Shown: in pieces, positions 12,441 through 26,160 of the stretch
Numbering within the stretch: the first letter of the stretch is position 1
Layout of the letters: each line of letters starts with the position of its first letter
Source: Haliotis cracherodii
Lineage: Eukaryota
Assembly (NCBI RefSeq): GCF_022045235.1
Contig: NW_027266273.1
Location: 28,830,001-28,894,000 of the forward strand
DNA: 64,000 nucleotides
Reading direction: 5' to 3'
Made by a program: the position numbers and the translations under genes
The notes under the pieces: model-generated
The model's input: only the letters and a program-made list of their open reading frames with translations
What the model was told of the DNA's origin: nothing
Databases searched by the model: none

Positions 12441-13137
12441 CTGACACAAACACAGTATCTAAAGCGACATGGTGGTGTGTCTCGATCATTTTGTTGTCGT
12501 CTTCGCCATGCTTGTGGTTTTGACACAGAGATCCATCCATGGTACAAACCAGAATATGTAGAGGACGTCATGGAAAATGATAAATACCAACTTCTTTGGA
12601 ATAGGCCCTTATACAGCCTCAGACACATCCAGGCCAACAAACCTGGTCTTGTCCTTTTTGACGAATCCAATGAAATCATTTATATTATTGAATTTTCTGT
12701 CCCTTTTGACACTATTGTGATTGACAAGATTTAGGAAAAACGAGGCAAATATGCGGACCTCGATTTCGAAATGTCACGCTTGCATCCCAAGTACCAAGTT
12801 GTCCGCCTCCCCATTGTTCTCGGTGCCCTAGGTTTGGTACCTCCCAATCTGTTGACTGACATTGGGAGAGTACCCTGGTTTGCTACCAGGAATACAGCCC
12901 TGACAATCTGGGTAATACTGAAGGCTGCAGTTTTGGGGAGTCTTCACGTGCTCCGAAAAGTTATGGGAGGGTTTGACTAGGCATCACATGCTGGGAGAAA
13001 TCCCTGGGCTGCGTGTAGAGGGGGCAAGGGCCCTGAGCTGATGATGAACCTTACCAGCCTGACTGCCAGGATCACCCAAACCCCCTTTGCTTCATTTTTT
13101 ATTTTAATCTGTAAATAATAATAATAATAATAATAAT
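12441..13137 (+). mobile_element. 5'-truncated R4/Dong-clade non-LTR retrotransposon (restriction-like endonuclease domain, 3'UTR, (TAA)n tail)
   Basis: YLKRH..V, MENDKYQLLWN, ANKPGLV (PD>PG), IIEFSVPFD, *EKRGKY, LPIVLGALG, KAAVLGSLHVLRKV. One in-frame stop at 12732-34; ends in (TAA)8. Confidence 0.9.
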
Positions 13138-13573
13138 CCGTCAATCCTTTTAGTCCATTATTGCTCTCAGACTAAGAATAGTACGAAACAAATATTAAAA
13201 ATATTGAGTGAGGGGGGGGGGGGGGGGGGGGGGGGTGATATAAATAACGTACATTATTACAGAGGTATTAATTACCCTTTTAAGCATATTCAGTAAGATA
13301 CATCTATCATTAACAAGTCAAATACATTAAGCACCAGCTGGATTTAGAGAAGGTATTACAACTATTGATACTATGTTTATGCTACAAACTGTTGTATAAA
13401 AGAAGAAAAGGTGGCGAATTCCATATTTTATGTACTTTATGTACGCATGTTCATGATACAGTCGGAATCGTACGACCGACTCCTGTGGCTAAGGAAAGGG
13501 TTTTATCGCTTTTATTTGCAAAGGCAGCTGACTCTGTACCACGAAAAGTTATGCTCATTGCTATATTCTCATG

Positions 13574-13748
13574 GGTGAGTGAGTGAGTGAGTGATTTTGG
13601 TTTTACGCCGCTTTAAGCAATATTCAAGCAATATCACGGCGGGGGACACAAGAAATGGACTTTACACATTGTACCCATGTCGGGAATCGAACACGGGTCT
13701 TCGGTGTGACGAGCGAACGCTTTAACCACTAGGCTACCCGACCGCCCC
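13574..13748 (-). mobile_element. tRNA-derived SINE family B
   Basis: Minus-strand head GGGGCGGTCGGGTAGCCTAGTGGTTAAAGCG...GTTCGATTCCC (A and B boxes); (ACTC)n tail; same family as 57747 and 58112. Confidence 0.92.
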
Positions 13749-13899
13749 TTAATCTCATGAACTTATGTGTGCATTCGATGTGGTATTGATGTAAAGTATG
13801 TGTTAGAAACAACCGGGACCTGAGTTGACGTAGAGTAAGGCTGCATGTAAAGGGGTTTTGTTGTCATTCTTTATTAATGAATTAGCAACACAAATTCAA

Positions 13900-14950
13900 G
13901 ATAACTGCCTCAGTTGAAATCATTTACATCCTGATATAACGTCATTATTTGGACTTATATTTGCGGACGATATCCTATAACTCCCATATACCATTGGAGG
14001 TTTACAGAGACAAATTAATGTATTAGAACAATATTTGGAGGAATGTAAGTTAATTGTTAGCAAAGATAAAACGAAGGCCTTTGTCGTTTTAAAATGGTTG
14101 GAAACTTTCTCAAAAAGAACATTGATACTACAAAAAGAAACCCTTGGAAACGATCTCTTTCTCAAATATGTGGGTGCATGTTTTGCAAATCATCTTACTT
14201 TGTCTATAAATGCCGAGTATATAAGCATCGGTGCTAGCACAAAAGGTACTAATAGTTGTTTAAAACAAAGGAAATATTGCTAACACATCCCTCTCCAAGA
14301 TACTTGAGTTCAAGATAAGTCTGAAGCTGTTACATAGAGCGGAGAGTTGGTAAGTTTGATGAAATAGGAAAAGTACATTAATATGTCTGCATGAAATGTC
14401 TTGCTTTGAAGGTTAATATACCTAATGTTATGGGATATGGTGATTGTGGCAGATTTCCAAATCACATATTCTCATAAATAAAGGTTTCTAAAAATTGGTA
14501 AGATTGTTGAATATGCCGTCGTATATAATGTTATCGTAAGATGGAAGATAAAGATTGCAAACAAAATTGGGCGCCAGATGTAAAAGACTTGCTATATCCC
14601 GTTGGTTATGGCTACGTATGGTGGGAACAACAAAGTTTTAAGAAATTACGGGTTTCCTTAGTCGGATTTCAGTGCTGTTCGCATGATCTATAATTTGAAA
14701 CTGGAAACAACATAGATATCATAAGAGAAGAACGCATTTGACAATCGTGCCCCCTGAATGACATTGTAAATGAATATCACTTTCTTGTTGTTTGTCTATT
14801 TCATTATAAATTGAGGACAGGACTATGTCAGAACGATTTTCTTTAAATCTTTAAATTCACAGCTCTGTCAAACAACTTGATTGCTTAATTTCACATATAT
14901 TGTCGAATAAGTATGTATATTTATCATGCAATGAGATAAAGGGAACATAA
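13900..14950 (+). mobile_element. Degenerate RTE-X-like LINE (RT C-terminal half plus C-terminal Cys region)
   Basis: IFADDI, GGLQRQINVLEQYLEECKLIVSKDKTK, PNVMGYGDCGRFP, NWAPDVKDLLYPVGYGYVW, EYHFLVVC; multiple stops and frameshifts. Confidence 0.8.
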
Positions 14951-15124
14951 TATGTTACAGACTCCACTGTTAGGAATGTACTTACGCCTACCTCTTTACG
15001 AAAATGTAGAATATCAATTGAGTTCGTTTAAGTGAGGTGAAATGGGGTTTACCGTTGCGTTCAAGATTATTGCAATCATATAGCGTGTGTATGTGTGTGA
15101 GGGGGGGGGGGGGGGGGGGGGGGG

Positions 15125-15312
15125 CTACTTGTACTGGTGCGAACTAATGCCGATTTTATGGTGCTATTCCACTAAAATACCATGCCGCAGTTCAACACCC
15201 AGACACAGTATACCCACTGCGAGTCGACCATTCCTTGTTTAAGCCTCGTAATGCCGAGCGCCAGGCATGGTAACAACAAGTACCATATTGTAACGTATTT
15301 TGGTCTGACGCG
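15125..15312 (-). mobile_element. SINE family D fragment
   Basis: Minus strand ATGGTACTTG..CCTGGCGCTCGGCATTACG..AACTGCGGCATGGTATT..AATCGGCATTAGT, shared with the 60215 copy. Confidence 0.7.
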
Positions 15313-15429
15313 GAGTGAGTTAGGTTGAACTCTGCTTTATATTATGGCGTATCAGTGTTGGGGGAAATCTCAAAGAAATGCTGGGTTTACACGTTGGTCA
15401 AACTCTCGGGCAATGGTTCGGTGCTGACA

Positions 15430-17228
15430 GACTATATGGAAACTAAAAGGAAACTATATGAAAACTAAATAGAAACTAAATGGAAACTACAAGGAAACCA
15501 TATTCAAACTGAATGAAATCTCTATGAAAACTAAATGGCAACTATATGGAAACTATAGGGAAACTAAATTTCAACAAAATGGAAACTGAATGGAACCTAT
15601 ATGGAAACGCTAAGGAAACTAGACGGAAACTATATGGAAGCTATGCAAAAACTGAAAGGAAACTTAATGATAATTGCATGGAATCGCGAAGGAAACTAGA
15701 CGGAAACTATATGAAAACTATATGAAAAGTCTACGAAAACTATAAGGAAACTATATGGAAACTAAAAGGAAACCATATGGCAACTAAATGGAAACCATAT
15801 GGCAACTAAATGGAAACTATATGGAAACTATACCGAAACTGTATGGAAACTATATGAAAATTATATGGAAACTACACGGAAACTGGGTGGAAACTAGATG
15901 GAAACTATGTAGAAACGATATGGGAGTGAGATAGTGAGTGAGTTGGATTTAACGCCGCTTTTAGCAGTATTCCAGTTACATCACGGCGTGTCATCTTAAT
16001 GTGGGAGGAAAGCCCAAGGTGATGCAGGTCTCCGACGAGAAACGATATGGAAACTATAAGAAAACTACATGGAACCGATATGGAAACTATATTGAAACTA
16101 TATGAAAAGTATACGAAAACTATAAGGAAACTAAATGGAAACTAAAAGGAAACTATATCACAACTAAATGGAAACTATATGGAAACTATACGGAAACTGT
16201 ATGGAAACTATATGGAAATTATATGGAAACTAGATGGAAACTATATAGAAACGATATGGAAACTACAAGGAAACTATGTAGAAATTATACAAAAACTATA
16301 TAGAAACTAAATGGAAACTATAAGGAAACGAAATGGAAACTAGATGGAAACGATATGAAAACGATATGGAAACTATAAGGAAACTATATGAAAACAAAAT
16401 GGAAACTATAAGGAAACTGTATGGAAACTATACGGAAACTATATAGAAACTAAATGGAAACTACATGGAAACGATATGGAAACTACATGGAAACGATATG
16501 AAAACGATATGGAAACTATATGAAAAGTCTACGGAAACTATGGAAACTAAAATGAAACTATATGGAAACTATATTGAAACTATATGGCAACTATATGGGA
16601 TCGATATAGAAACTATAAGTAAACTATAAGGAAACTATATAGAAATTATACGAAAACTATAGAGAAACGTAATGGAAACTATATGGAAACTAAATGGAAA
16701 CAATAAGGAAACTATACGAAAACTACAAGGAAACTATACGGAATCTATAAGGAAACTACATGGAAACTATATGAAACTATATGGAAACTTAAAGGTAAAT
16801 ATATGGAAACTATACGGAAACTACATGAAAACTAAATGGAAACAATATGGAAACTTTCAGGAAACTATATGGCAACTATATGTAAACTATACAGAAACTA
16901 TAAGGAAACGATATGGAAACTATATGGAAATTAAACGGAATATTTATTGAAACTATATGAAAACTAAATGGAAACTATATGGGAACTATTTGGAAACTTT
17001 ATGGCGACTGTTAGAAAACTATATGAAAACTAAATGGAAACTATATGGGAACTTTTTGGAAACTTTATGACGACTGTAAGAAAACTATATGAAAACTAAA
17101 TGGAAACTATGGAAACTATAAACAAACGATATGGGAACGATATGGAAACTATATGTAGCTGTATGGAAACTATATGAAACTATTTCCAGAAGCTATACGG
17201 AAAATATACGGAAACTGTATGGAAGCTA
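15430..17228. repeat. 11-bp satellite (GGAAACTATAT)n, ~1.8 kb
   Basis: Direct reading; interrupted by a SINE at 15924-16037. Confidence 0.97.
15924..16037 (-). mobile_element. 5'-truncated SINE family C inserted into the satellite
   Basis: Matches the 3' part of 37441-37735; flanked by AGAAACGATATGG (15911-23 / 16038-50). Confidence 0.88.
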
Positions 17229-17239
17229 GGATATACATA

Positions 17240-17470
17240 TAGTTGGTGTAAATCCTCACCAAAGCTTTCCCCAAAAAAATATAGCAGACATGTGGAGTTA
17301 ATTTGACGCATCAGTGACTAATATGATGTCAGATGCAATTCGCCTGTTTGATTTGTGCCATATGTTCCCGTGTTTATCCGGTGAATAATTTACTTGCGTT
17401 TAAGCTGTTTGTGACGGGTGACACGAGCTCACCTCGCGAACACCTGGCATCATCACGACTGGATAGTGAT
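17240..17470 (+). mobile_element. Penelope-like element 3' fragment
   Basis: KYSRHVEL / FDASVTNMMSDAI plus GTTTGTGACGGGTG..GCTCACC..GAACACCTGG, homologous to 61315-61790. Confidence 0.7.
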
Positions 17471-18419
17471 TCATAAAAAAACATGCTTCGTTTAGAAATG
17501 TGGTCGGAATAGTACAGTAGAGTCTGCTTGTAGCAGAGATTTCCAATGAATATGTAAAGGGTTTTATTGCTTATATGTACACGGACAGACAGAAATACAT
17601 TTACACCTCAGAAGCGGCGAATGTCCTCATTGATCCATTCCTGACTCCCAGCATGCAGCGTGTCACTGTCATCACGTGTACATCTGTAACGTGTCTCGTT
17701 GACATGGTGACAGATCTACGGAAAGTCTATATTATAGTCGGTAAGTATTCATTTCGGCTTTCATTGTTACATTATAGCACATCAAGTCCTTTGTGTACAA
17801 GACACACATACAATGTCATGTTTTAACAAGCAGTCTCTTCTCAGATGTAACAGAGACAACCCTTATGTTCTGTGACTTACTTATAAACGGGGTCGTTTTG
17901 ATGGACAAATCATTTATACGTACCAGCAGAGGCACCATGAAGTGATAACAGCGATCCAGTGCATGCCGTGGGGTGCTCAACACCCCCTGTACTGGAGCGG
18001 CTTCCTTGGGACGGCGCTTCATCCTCATCAGGTCGCACTGCACGTGAGCATCCCGTGTACCAGAGAGTTTTTGTTTCCCATTTCTCGGCGATGCATTACA
18101 GAGGACTTTAAATTGGGATACCGATACCGTTGTGCTGTACCTGTACGCATGTTGGTATTCGTGGTATTACCATCAGTCAGTTATATGTTTCTTCGTCTAG
18201 GTAGCAGTGATGTAAAAAGTAGAACATAATAACACCCGCGTGGTATTGATGTGCTGCCGGGTTTCCAATACCATGACCTCTTCATGACCCTGAACAGTCT
18301 CAGCACAACCGGATGATAAACATTCGGTATTTGATGTCATACATGTAGAGATTTGCTACATGTTATGATACAAATATCTGACAAATATACTTGTTTTGAT
18401 GTATATCTCTTCTTTTTTG

Positions 18420-18654
18420 TCTGTTTGTTGTTTCACGCCGAACTCAGCAATGTTACAACAATTTGACGGCGGTCTGTTAATAATTGTCTCTGGACCGGAC
18501 AATCCAGTGATTGACGTCATGAGCATCGAATTACGCAGTTGGTATAGGATGCTATTCATCAACCAAGTCAGCGAGCCTGACCACCCGACCCCGTTAGTCG
18601 CCTCTTACGACAACCATGGGTTGCTGAAGACGTATTCTATCCCGGATCTTCATG
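18420..18654 (-). mobile_element. SINE family A, apparently full length
   Basis: Homologous to the 6339 and 27170 copies; tail ...GCTGAGTTCGGCGTGAAACAACAAAC. Confidence 0.88.
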
Positions 18655-20519
18655 TATATAGAAGTGCTCAATAGAGTGAAAAGAAGTAGTATGATTACAC
18701 TTTAATGTTTGTTGTAGTCCACATACTGAACTATGTAAACCACCACTCAAACAAAGAAATACTGTTTGACCAAAACTTTAACTAAATCAAGTAAGCACAT
18801 CACAAAAATCACATGATATCGGACACAGACATTGCGGCCCCATAGACACGTCAAACATATATAGACATACTAGATAGAAAACGCATCATGTCACACACAC
18901 ACTGGTTAATAAATGCATCAAGGCACACCGACATATTGGTTGTCTGACACACCAAGGCATACAGAAATACAGGTCGATTCACAAGTAAACGTCTTTAGTC
19001 ACTTCAAAACATTTAGAATAAACGTCCATTAATGATGTCCTACATAAACGATCCATTCATTTACTACACGCAAAATTAATACACACAAACTCACGCAATG
19101 TCACATGCTGCCATATATCACCAATCACACACACTAACACACACCAAACAAGTTTGCCCACGAGACAGGTGTTGCTACATAGTTCTCAATCGCGCCAATC
19201 ACCAGCGGTCTGTGCTCACTGCTCTATGGCTTGCAGGGACTGCACAGATCGCGGCGCGTTCGATTGGACAAGCCTTGCCCGTACGACCACCGCCACCAAC
19301 ATCTCTGTCAGTGCTGTGCAGAAGTCAACGGAGAGAAGGATATTACTTAGAGGCGGGGGTAATAAAGGTAAGGCTTCTTTCTTCCTCATTGACGCACGTT
19401 GGGATGAGGGGTCATTGCTGGTATTAAACTTGCCTATCTCGATGCTGTTATAAAACAGGTTATAAAAACCGTACATGTTTTTCTCTAAACCAAAGGTTTT
19501 ATGACTCCGGTCTCTCTTAACTCCGTTTTATTTTATCATTTGGACTTTGTTTGTATGTGTGGAGTTGACGTAGACATGTTTTATTACTTTCAAGAAACTA
19601 TTTCTAATGTTCTACATTCCAACTGGAAATATGACGTAGGGCACTGTATGAATCTGTAGAACTCTGTATGAGTCTGAGCAGTGTATTGTTGATAATGTGT
19701 CAGGCAATGATTGATTTCCAGTAGCTTTGTCTAGACCAGTAAGTGTTTAAATGCTATAAAAATGACAGAATTGTCTCTCATAATCATAGCCTTTGTCCGG
19801 ATGTTTGATGATCATAGAGGGCGCGGGACAAACGAAAGCGTTGGTAATCACACATCGGGAATTGAAGAAATATAGTTCATCTGATTTGCTGCAGCCTGGC
19901 CCGACATTGAAATGTTTTCCCCTGAGAATCGCGTGAAATACACCTGACTTTTAGTGTTCTTTGGTGAAATTGCTGCTTGTTAGATGCAGTGTGTTGCCGG
20001 GTTAACGGTAATTACAAATATATGCCAGTAATAGACGGCCAAAGCAAACACGTTCCAGTAGGCGACAGTAAGCACCTCCCGGGGGGACAAAGTTGGCTTG
20101 TTTAATGTTATCATGTTGTTTTATACAGCCGTCTCACGCGATTAACGTAATTGCAGGTGATATCGCTACAGGATCCAGTCTAAACTCTATTGTAGCTGTA
20201 ACCATGTTTAGGTTAGATCAGTAGAACTAATGAGATTTGTGAGGGTGAAATACGATCCACTGCCAAGCTTCGATCTGTTACATGCCTCGCATACGCCACT
20301 GGGTAGTGAGATCGTTCATCATAAAAGTGGTATTTGTATCATGCAGTCCAACTCAGTGTTGGATTCATGTGTAAATTCTAATGAAAAAGAGAACATCTTT
20401 TGATGGAAAATATTGATATTTGGTGAAGCTACTATTGAAATATATTAAGCATTTCGTGGAGGAACAAAGAACCTAGATAGAGACATCAATGAAACGTCCC
20501 TCAGTCCTACACTTTGTCC

Positions 20520-21664
20520 TACAAGGGCTGGTCAAAATGTTCTAAGCCTGACTTATGGGCCATAACAAAGTGAGCTGGTCAACCTGGTCCACATTTTGAG
20601 AAGTTCATTGCAAGTGCATTTGGTCTGTTGATGCAGTTTGTATATTAGTGATAGCCAGTTGAACTCGATAAGGGTCCAAATGGACACAGAAATGAAAATA
20701 GAACGAGTTACGACCAGTCATCAAGTTATTGACTTTAGAGAAAAGTACTCCCTAAGAAATTCATGACCGCATGTCACACGCATGTGGGTATAAGTGCCTA
20801 AGCTATTCCAATGTTGCGGCTGAGAGAATAAGCCTGTGTGATGACCCGAGGTCTGGACCTCCCTCAAGTTCCATCAATTAAGATTCAGTCAAGGAGATCG
20901 AAAAACCTATCCTGTCAGATAGACGTATTACTATTGCTGAGCTTAAGGAAGACACAGGTCTAAGACATGAATCCTCTGAAACTATTGTTCATAAAACATT
21001 TACAGATGAATAGGATATCTGCTCGTTGGGTTACAAAGTTTCTAAATTCGGATGTTAAGGAAAAGAGAACAGTCATTGCCAGAGAAAATGTAGAGCTCAT
21101 TGAGGAGGATTTCGTCACATTCAAAAAGAGATAAGTTACGGGTGTTGAAACATGGTTCTACCACTATGATCCCGAGTCAAAATGTCAATCCATGGTATGG
21201 CACCATTTCATCCCGGCACCAAAGAAGTTTTCAAGATCAGTGTAGAAAGTTATGGCCACTGTTATCTGGGACGCAAAGGGTGTGATCCTCGTTGATTACT
21301 TAGAAAATCAAAAGACAATTCCCGGTGCCTACTATGCCGTTTGCTTCATCGACTGAGAGATTCTATCACAGAAAAGTGGGGAGGAATGCTGACAGCTGGA
21401 TTTCTACTTTTTCATGACAATGCCTCTTCTAACACCCCTCGACTTGACACGGCTGCTGTGCGACAATGTGGGTTCGTTGCGCTTCCTCATCCTCCATACT
21501 CGCCAGACATGGCACCAAGAGATTTCCACCTGTTTCTTAAACTGGAAGAACACCTTCGTGGAAAGCACTATGACGACAACGAGGATCTCAAAGCAGCCGT
21601 GAATGGGTTTTGCGGGGTGGCTCCAGAAAACTTCTTCCTGGCTGGGATTGAAAAGTTTCACTGA
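20520..21664 (+). mobile_element. Mariner (DD34D) transposon relic, 3' TIR not seen
   Basis: TA-CAAGGGCTGGTCAAAATGTTC mariner-like end; DDPRSGPP, WVTKFL, VTGVETWFYHYDPES, KVMATVIWDAKGVILVDYL, HDNA...HPPYSPDMAPRD (D34D); frameshifted. Confidence 0.92.
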
Positions 21665-21979
21665 ATATTCAACTGCGAGGTACTAATCATCAGCTTTCTT
21701 AACCTCAAAGGACAAACATGTTGCGAGTGTTTCACAGGATACTGAAGTCCGCGTACCTGTGTTCCTGGTGACGATTTACAGACACCATCCGTTCTGTCGG
21801 CTGCTGCTGGTTGTGCAAGACTAACGCGCACTTTATCACCGCACGTTTTACTCGGCGTTGCGATAAGCAGGAAAATTGCTGAAACACTTTCCTAAATAAA
21901 GTGTGATCTTCACATGGCACTAACTCTACATACACATTCTGTGGCATAGGGTTACTTCCCTCGTTATATGATACATTGT

Positions 21980-22820
21980 ATGATGGAGAGAGAGATAACG
22001 TTCTGTATTACCACATGCTATATTGTATGAAGGAGAGAGATAACGTTCTGTATTACCACATGATCTATTGTATGATGGAGATAGATAACGTTCTGTATTA
22101 CCACAAGATATATTGTGTGATGGAGATAGATAGCGTCCTGTATTACCCCATGCTATATCCCGTGATGGAGATTGATAACCTTGTGTATTACCACATTATA
22201 TATCCCGTGATGGAGACAGATAACGTTCTATATTACCACATGATATATCCCGTGATGGAGATAGATAACCTTCTGTATTACCACAAGATGTTTTGTGTGA
22301 TGGAGATAGATAACGTTCTGTATTACCACATGATATATTCCGTGATGGGGTTTTATAACGTTCTGTATGACCACATGATATATCCCGTGATTTAGATAAA
22401 TAACGTTCTGTATTACCACATGATATATTGTGTGATGGAGATAGATAACGTTCTGTATTACCACAAGATATATCCTGTGATGGAGATACATAACGTTATG
22501 TATTACCACATGATATATCCCGTGATGGAGATAGATAACCTTCTGTATTACCACAAGATATTTTCCATGATGGAGATAGATAACGTTCTATAAGACCACG
22601 TGATACTTTTTGTGATGGGGCTAGATAAAGTTCCATATGACCACTTGAGATATTGTGTGATAAAGATAGATAACGTTCTGTATGACCACAGGATACATTG
22701 CGTGATGTTGATAATTAACGTCCTATATGACTACAAGACATTTTAGGTGTTGGAAATAGATAACGTTCGGTATGTCCACAGGATCTATCCGGTGATGGGG
22801 ATAGATAACGTTCTATATCA
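21980..22820. repeat. 45-bp minisatellite (GATGGAGATAGATAACGTTCTGTATTACCACATGATATATCCCGT)
   Basis: ~18 units, decaying toward the 3' side. Confidence 0.96.
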
Positions 22821-25479
22821 CAACCTGACACAACACACAATAAACCATTAAACTATAAGCGGTAAACACTTTACTCAATGTGGAATAATTACAAAATAAA
22901 TGTGCAATGGTAGCAGCTAGTTGGTAGTTGTCGCTCTCCTTGTGGCCGTTGTGTTTGTTGACAATGAGACGGATGGACAAGACACGAATAAATCCCTTTA
23001 CTGTGTGTGTAATGCAGGGTGTGATGTGAGGAGGACATGGCGTGTGTATTACAGTAGTTATCGATGTATCTTCTCCGAACGCACATTTAACCATTTCAAA
23101 TTGTCAATGAATCCGATTCCAGAAACTTTTTCCGGCACCGCAGAGACAAGTTTGGGTCCCTCTGACTGCTGTGTCATATAGAAAGTGTCGGTGATTATTC
23201 CCTTAGTGCGGGGTTGACGATATGAGTTTAACCTGTGGCTATGTGTCATATACTGCTGTTTAGCATGCATAGGGTGATAACACTGGATTGTGGAATCATG
23301 TATTTCAAGTGTGTTGATGAGTCCTGGTACCGTAAAGCAGTTTGGCTTCATGGTCTTTGCATTTCTTCAGAAGATTCAAACGTTTGGAAACTATAACAGT
23401 GAATTGCTGAGCTGATGCATTTAGGATGATATGTCGTTAATCGAGTCCATGGAATGCAGTTGAACGATTTTAGTTTCCAATATTATCTAAGGTTTGTATG
23501 CTTGGACACGTCGTCAAAATGGCGTCACCTCGTCATCATGGCGTCACATCATCAAGGCGTCATGGCGTTATCATGGCGTCACCCCCAAACCATGCTCCTC
23601 CAAATCAATGCTGGTTTTGTTCAAATCTTGCGCGAGGCATTTCTCCCCAAATTGAGGGCATGTTGACGGTGACAGCAAACTATCTGAATCAGTCCAAACA
23701 TAGGATTATATAGTATGCAGGTTATAGATACGCCATCTACCAAGCTTCATATTAATTGCTGTATATACACGTGGACATTAATTAAGCACCGTCCACGTGC
23801 TCGGTTATGTGCAACATTGTTCACACGCCTGACACTACCATCGGTAATGATTTATTGGCTTTATTCGAAGACATCCAAAAACGTTCATTGTAACAACACT
23901 GAAATGTATCCCAGCCCACACCACGAATCTGACTGTCACATTATGCAGCGGAAACCCCTGCAATCAGTGTCTGGCTGTATCCCCGTCATGGCTGACATTG
24001 GCAAGATGTCTGCTCATGGTGCTGATCAGACGTCTGATTTTCAACACTGAGACCATCTGCTATTCCCGCCGCAGTATCTAGGTCAGTTCATTCAGATTTT
24101 GAACTAGGGGGTCTTTAACTCTCAAAAGGTAATCCCAAAAGCGATCAGTTGTGTTCAGATCAGGGTTTGTCATTATGTTTCGGAATTGGATTTTTATCAG
24201 GTGGTGCCTAATTAATGCTCACGTGTATATATGAAACATGCAGAAGACGATTAATTGAATATGTTCCTTGGAAACTTGACTTTGACGCTAAAACGTACAC
24301 CATCGTTGGTGTGAATGTTAAATCTCTGTAAGCCCTTGGGTGAAATGGGAAACATGAGAGACTCCAACTGCAGATGGCATGCTGACAAGCAATTGGACTT
24401 TACACCAGAAAAGACCGAAAGGATAAGTGACAGGAGAGAGCTGTTGGGTTTTACAGTCCGTACCCAATTTCATTTGTACAAATGGCAAAAATGATAATTG
24501 GATATAATATGGAATATTTCGGTTACAGGGCAACACAAATCTATTGATATGTTTTCTCGCGGAGGGAAAAACATTAATTAGGCAGACGTCAGTGGTGCAT
24601 TTTAATGATACTGGTATCTATTTCTTAGCTTATTATTACGTTATCCGTGCTCGGTACACATGCACAGTCTGACTTCAATATATTTACACAAAGTAAAAAC
24701 AGAGTAAGTTTTGTTTGGTTACCTTTTAATAATATACCGGAGAGTATTCGCAAAGACATGGATGTTGTGGCAAACAATTCACTCCAAATACATCTCCGTA
24801 TACTAGAGTCTTTTATGGATCATTGTTACGTGTCGATTCCCAAATTGAAACACTATGTTATCCTTGATATCTGTACGTAAAATAACAACTGGGGTATACA
24901 ATAAAAAAAATTGTTGCAAAATTAGTCCATACAAATTACAGCACAGCAATTACAATGACAGCACACACTAGAGTGGCAGTGCAATATTCAATGATAGCAA
25001 AAGGCAGTGACAATAATACATATTCACTGAGAGGCGACAGGGATGAAGCTTCCGAGATTAACCAGGCAGGGAATCCAGGCATTTCAGTGATCTTCATACG
25101 AAGTGTGGGAGACGAAACGTGTGAGAGATACGAGATGTGTAAGATATACGAGAGGCACGCTCTTGTCCGCTCATATGCAGTCTAACTACCTACTGGAAAT
25201 TTTCACACAGTGCCATTAAAAGCATAGACTATTCTATATGTTTCTATTACATTCTACCGCAGTCCACGGTGTACCTGAAGTTTACAAATGACACCAGTAT
25301 CTAAACATAGTAATTACCTCAAAACTGCTTACATGAAACAGTACTACATTTATGGCAACTAATCACTGTCCAAATACAACAATGATCTTCTTCCAAATCT
25401 CAACAGAAACAAGTAATATAGTTACAATCATTCTTCAACAATAAAATACATTGTCATATAACATCACGACCCTTCGTTC

Positions 25480-26160
25480 GACCCATAGTAGTAGCTTTCA
25501 ACAGCACTAGAACCACAGTCGTAGCCTTCAACAACACTGGACCCACAGTAGTAGCCTTCAACAGCACTAGACCCACAGTAGTACCCTTCAACATCACTGG
25601 ACCCACAGTAGTAGCCTTCAACAGCACTAGACCCACAATAGTACCCTTCAACATCACTGGACCCACAGTAGTAGCCTTCAACAGCAGTAGACCCACAGTA
25701 GTAGCCTTCAACAGCACTAGACCCAAAGTAGTAGCCTTCAACAGCACTGGGCCCACAATAGTACCCTTCAACATCACTGGACCCACAGTAGTAGCCTTCA
25801 ACAGCACTAGACCCACGGTAGTAGCTTTCAACAGCACTAGACCCACAGTAGTAGCCTTCAACAGCACTAGACCCACAGTAGTAGCTTTCAACAGCACTAG
25901 ACCCACAGTAGTAGCCTTCAACAGCACTAGACCCACAGTAGTAGCTTTCAACAGCACTAGACCAACCGCAATAGCCTTCAACATCACTAGACCCACAGTA
26001 GTAGCCTTCAACAGTACTAGATCTACCGCCGTAGCCTTCAACAGCAGTAGACCCGACACAGTAGCCTTCAACAGCACTAGACCCACAGTAGTAGCCTTCA
26101 ACACCACTAGACCCACAGTAGTAGCTTTCAACACCACTAGACCCACATATGTAGCCTTCA
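25480..26160. repeat. 30-bp minisatellite (ACCCACAGTAGTAGCCTTCAACAGCACTAG)
   Basis: ~23 units; unit length divisible by 3 produces the 235 and 247 aa ORFs. Confidence 0.96.

Noticed and set aside
13212-15124. Two G24 homopolymers, both preceded by GTGA
   Set aside because: Homopolymer lengths are unreliable and there is no further shared sequence
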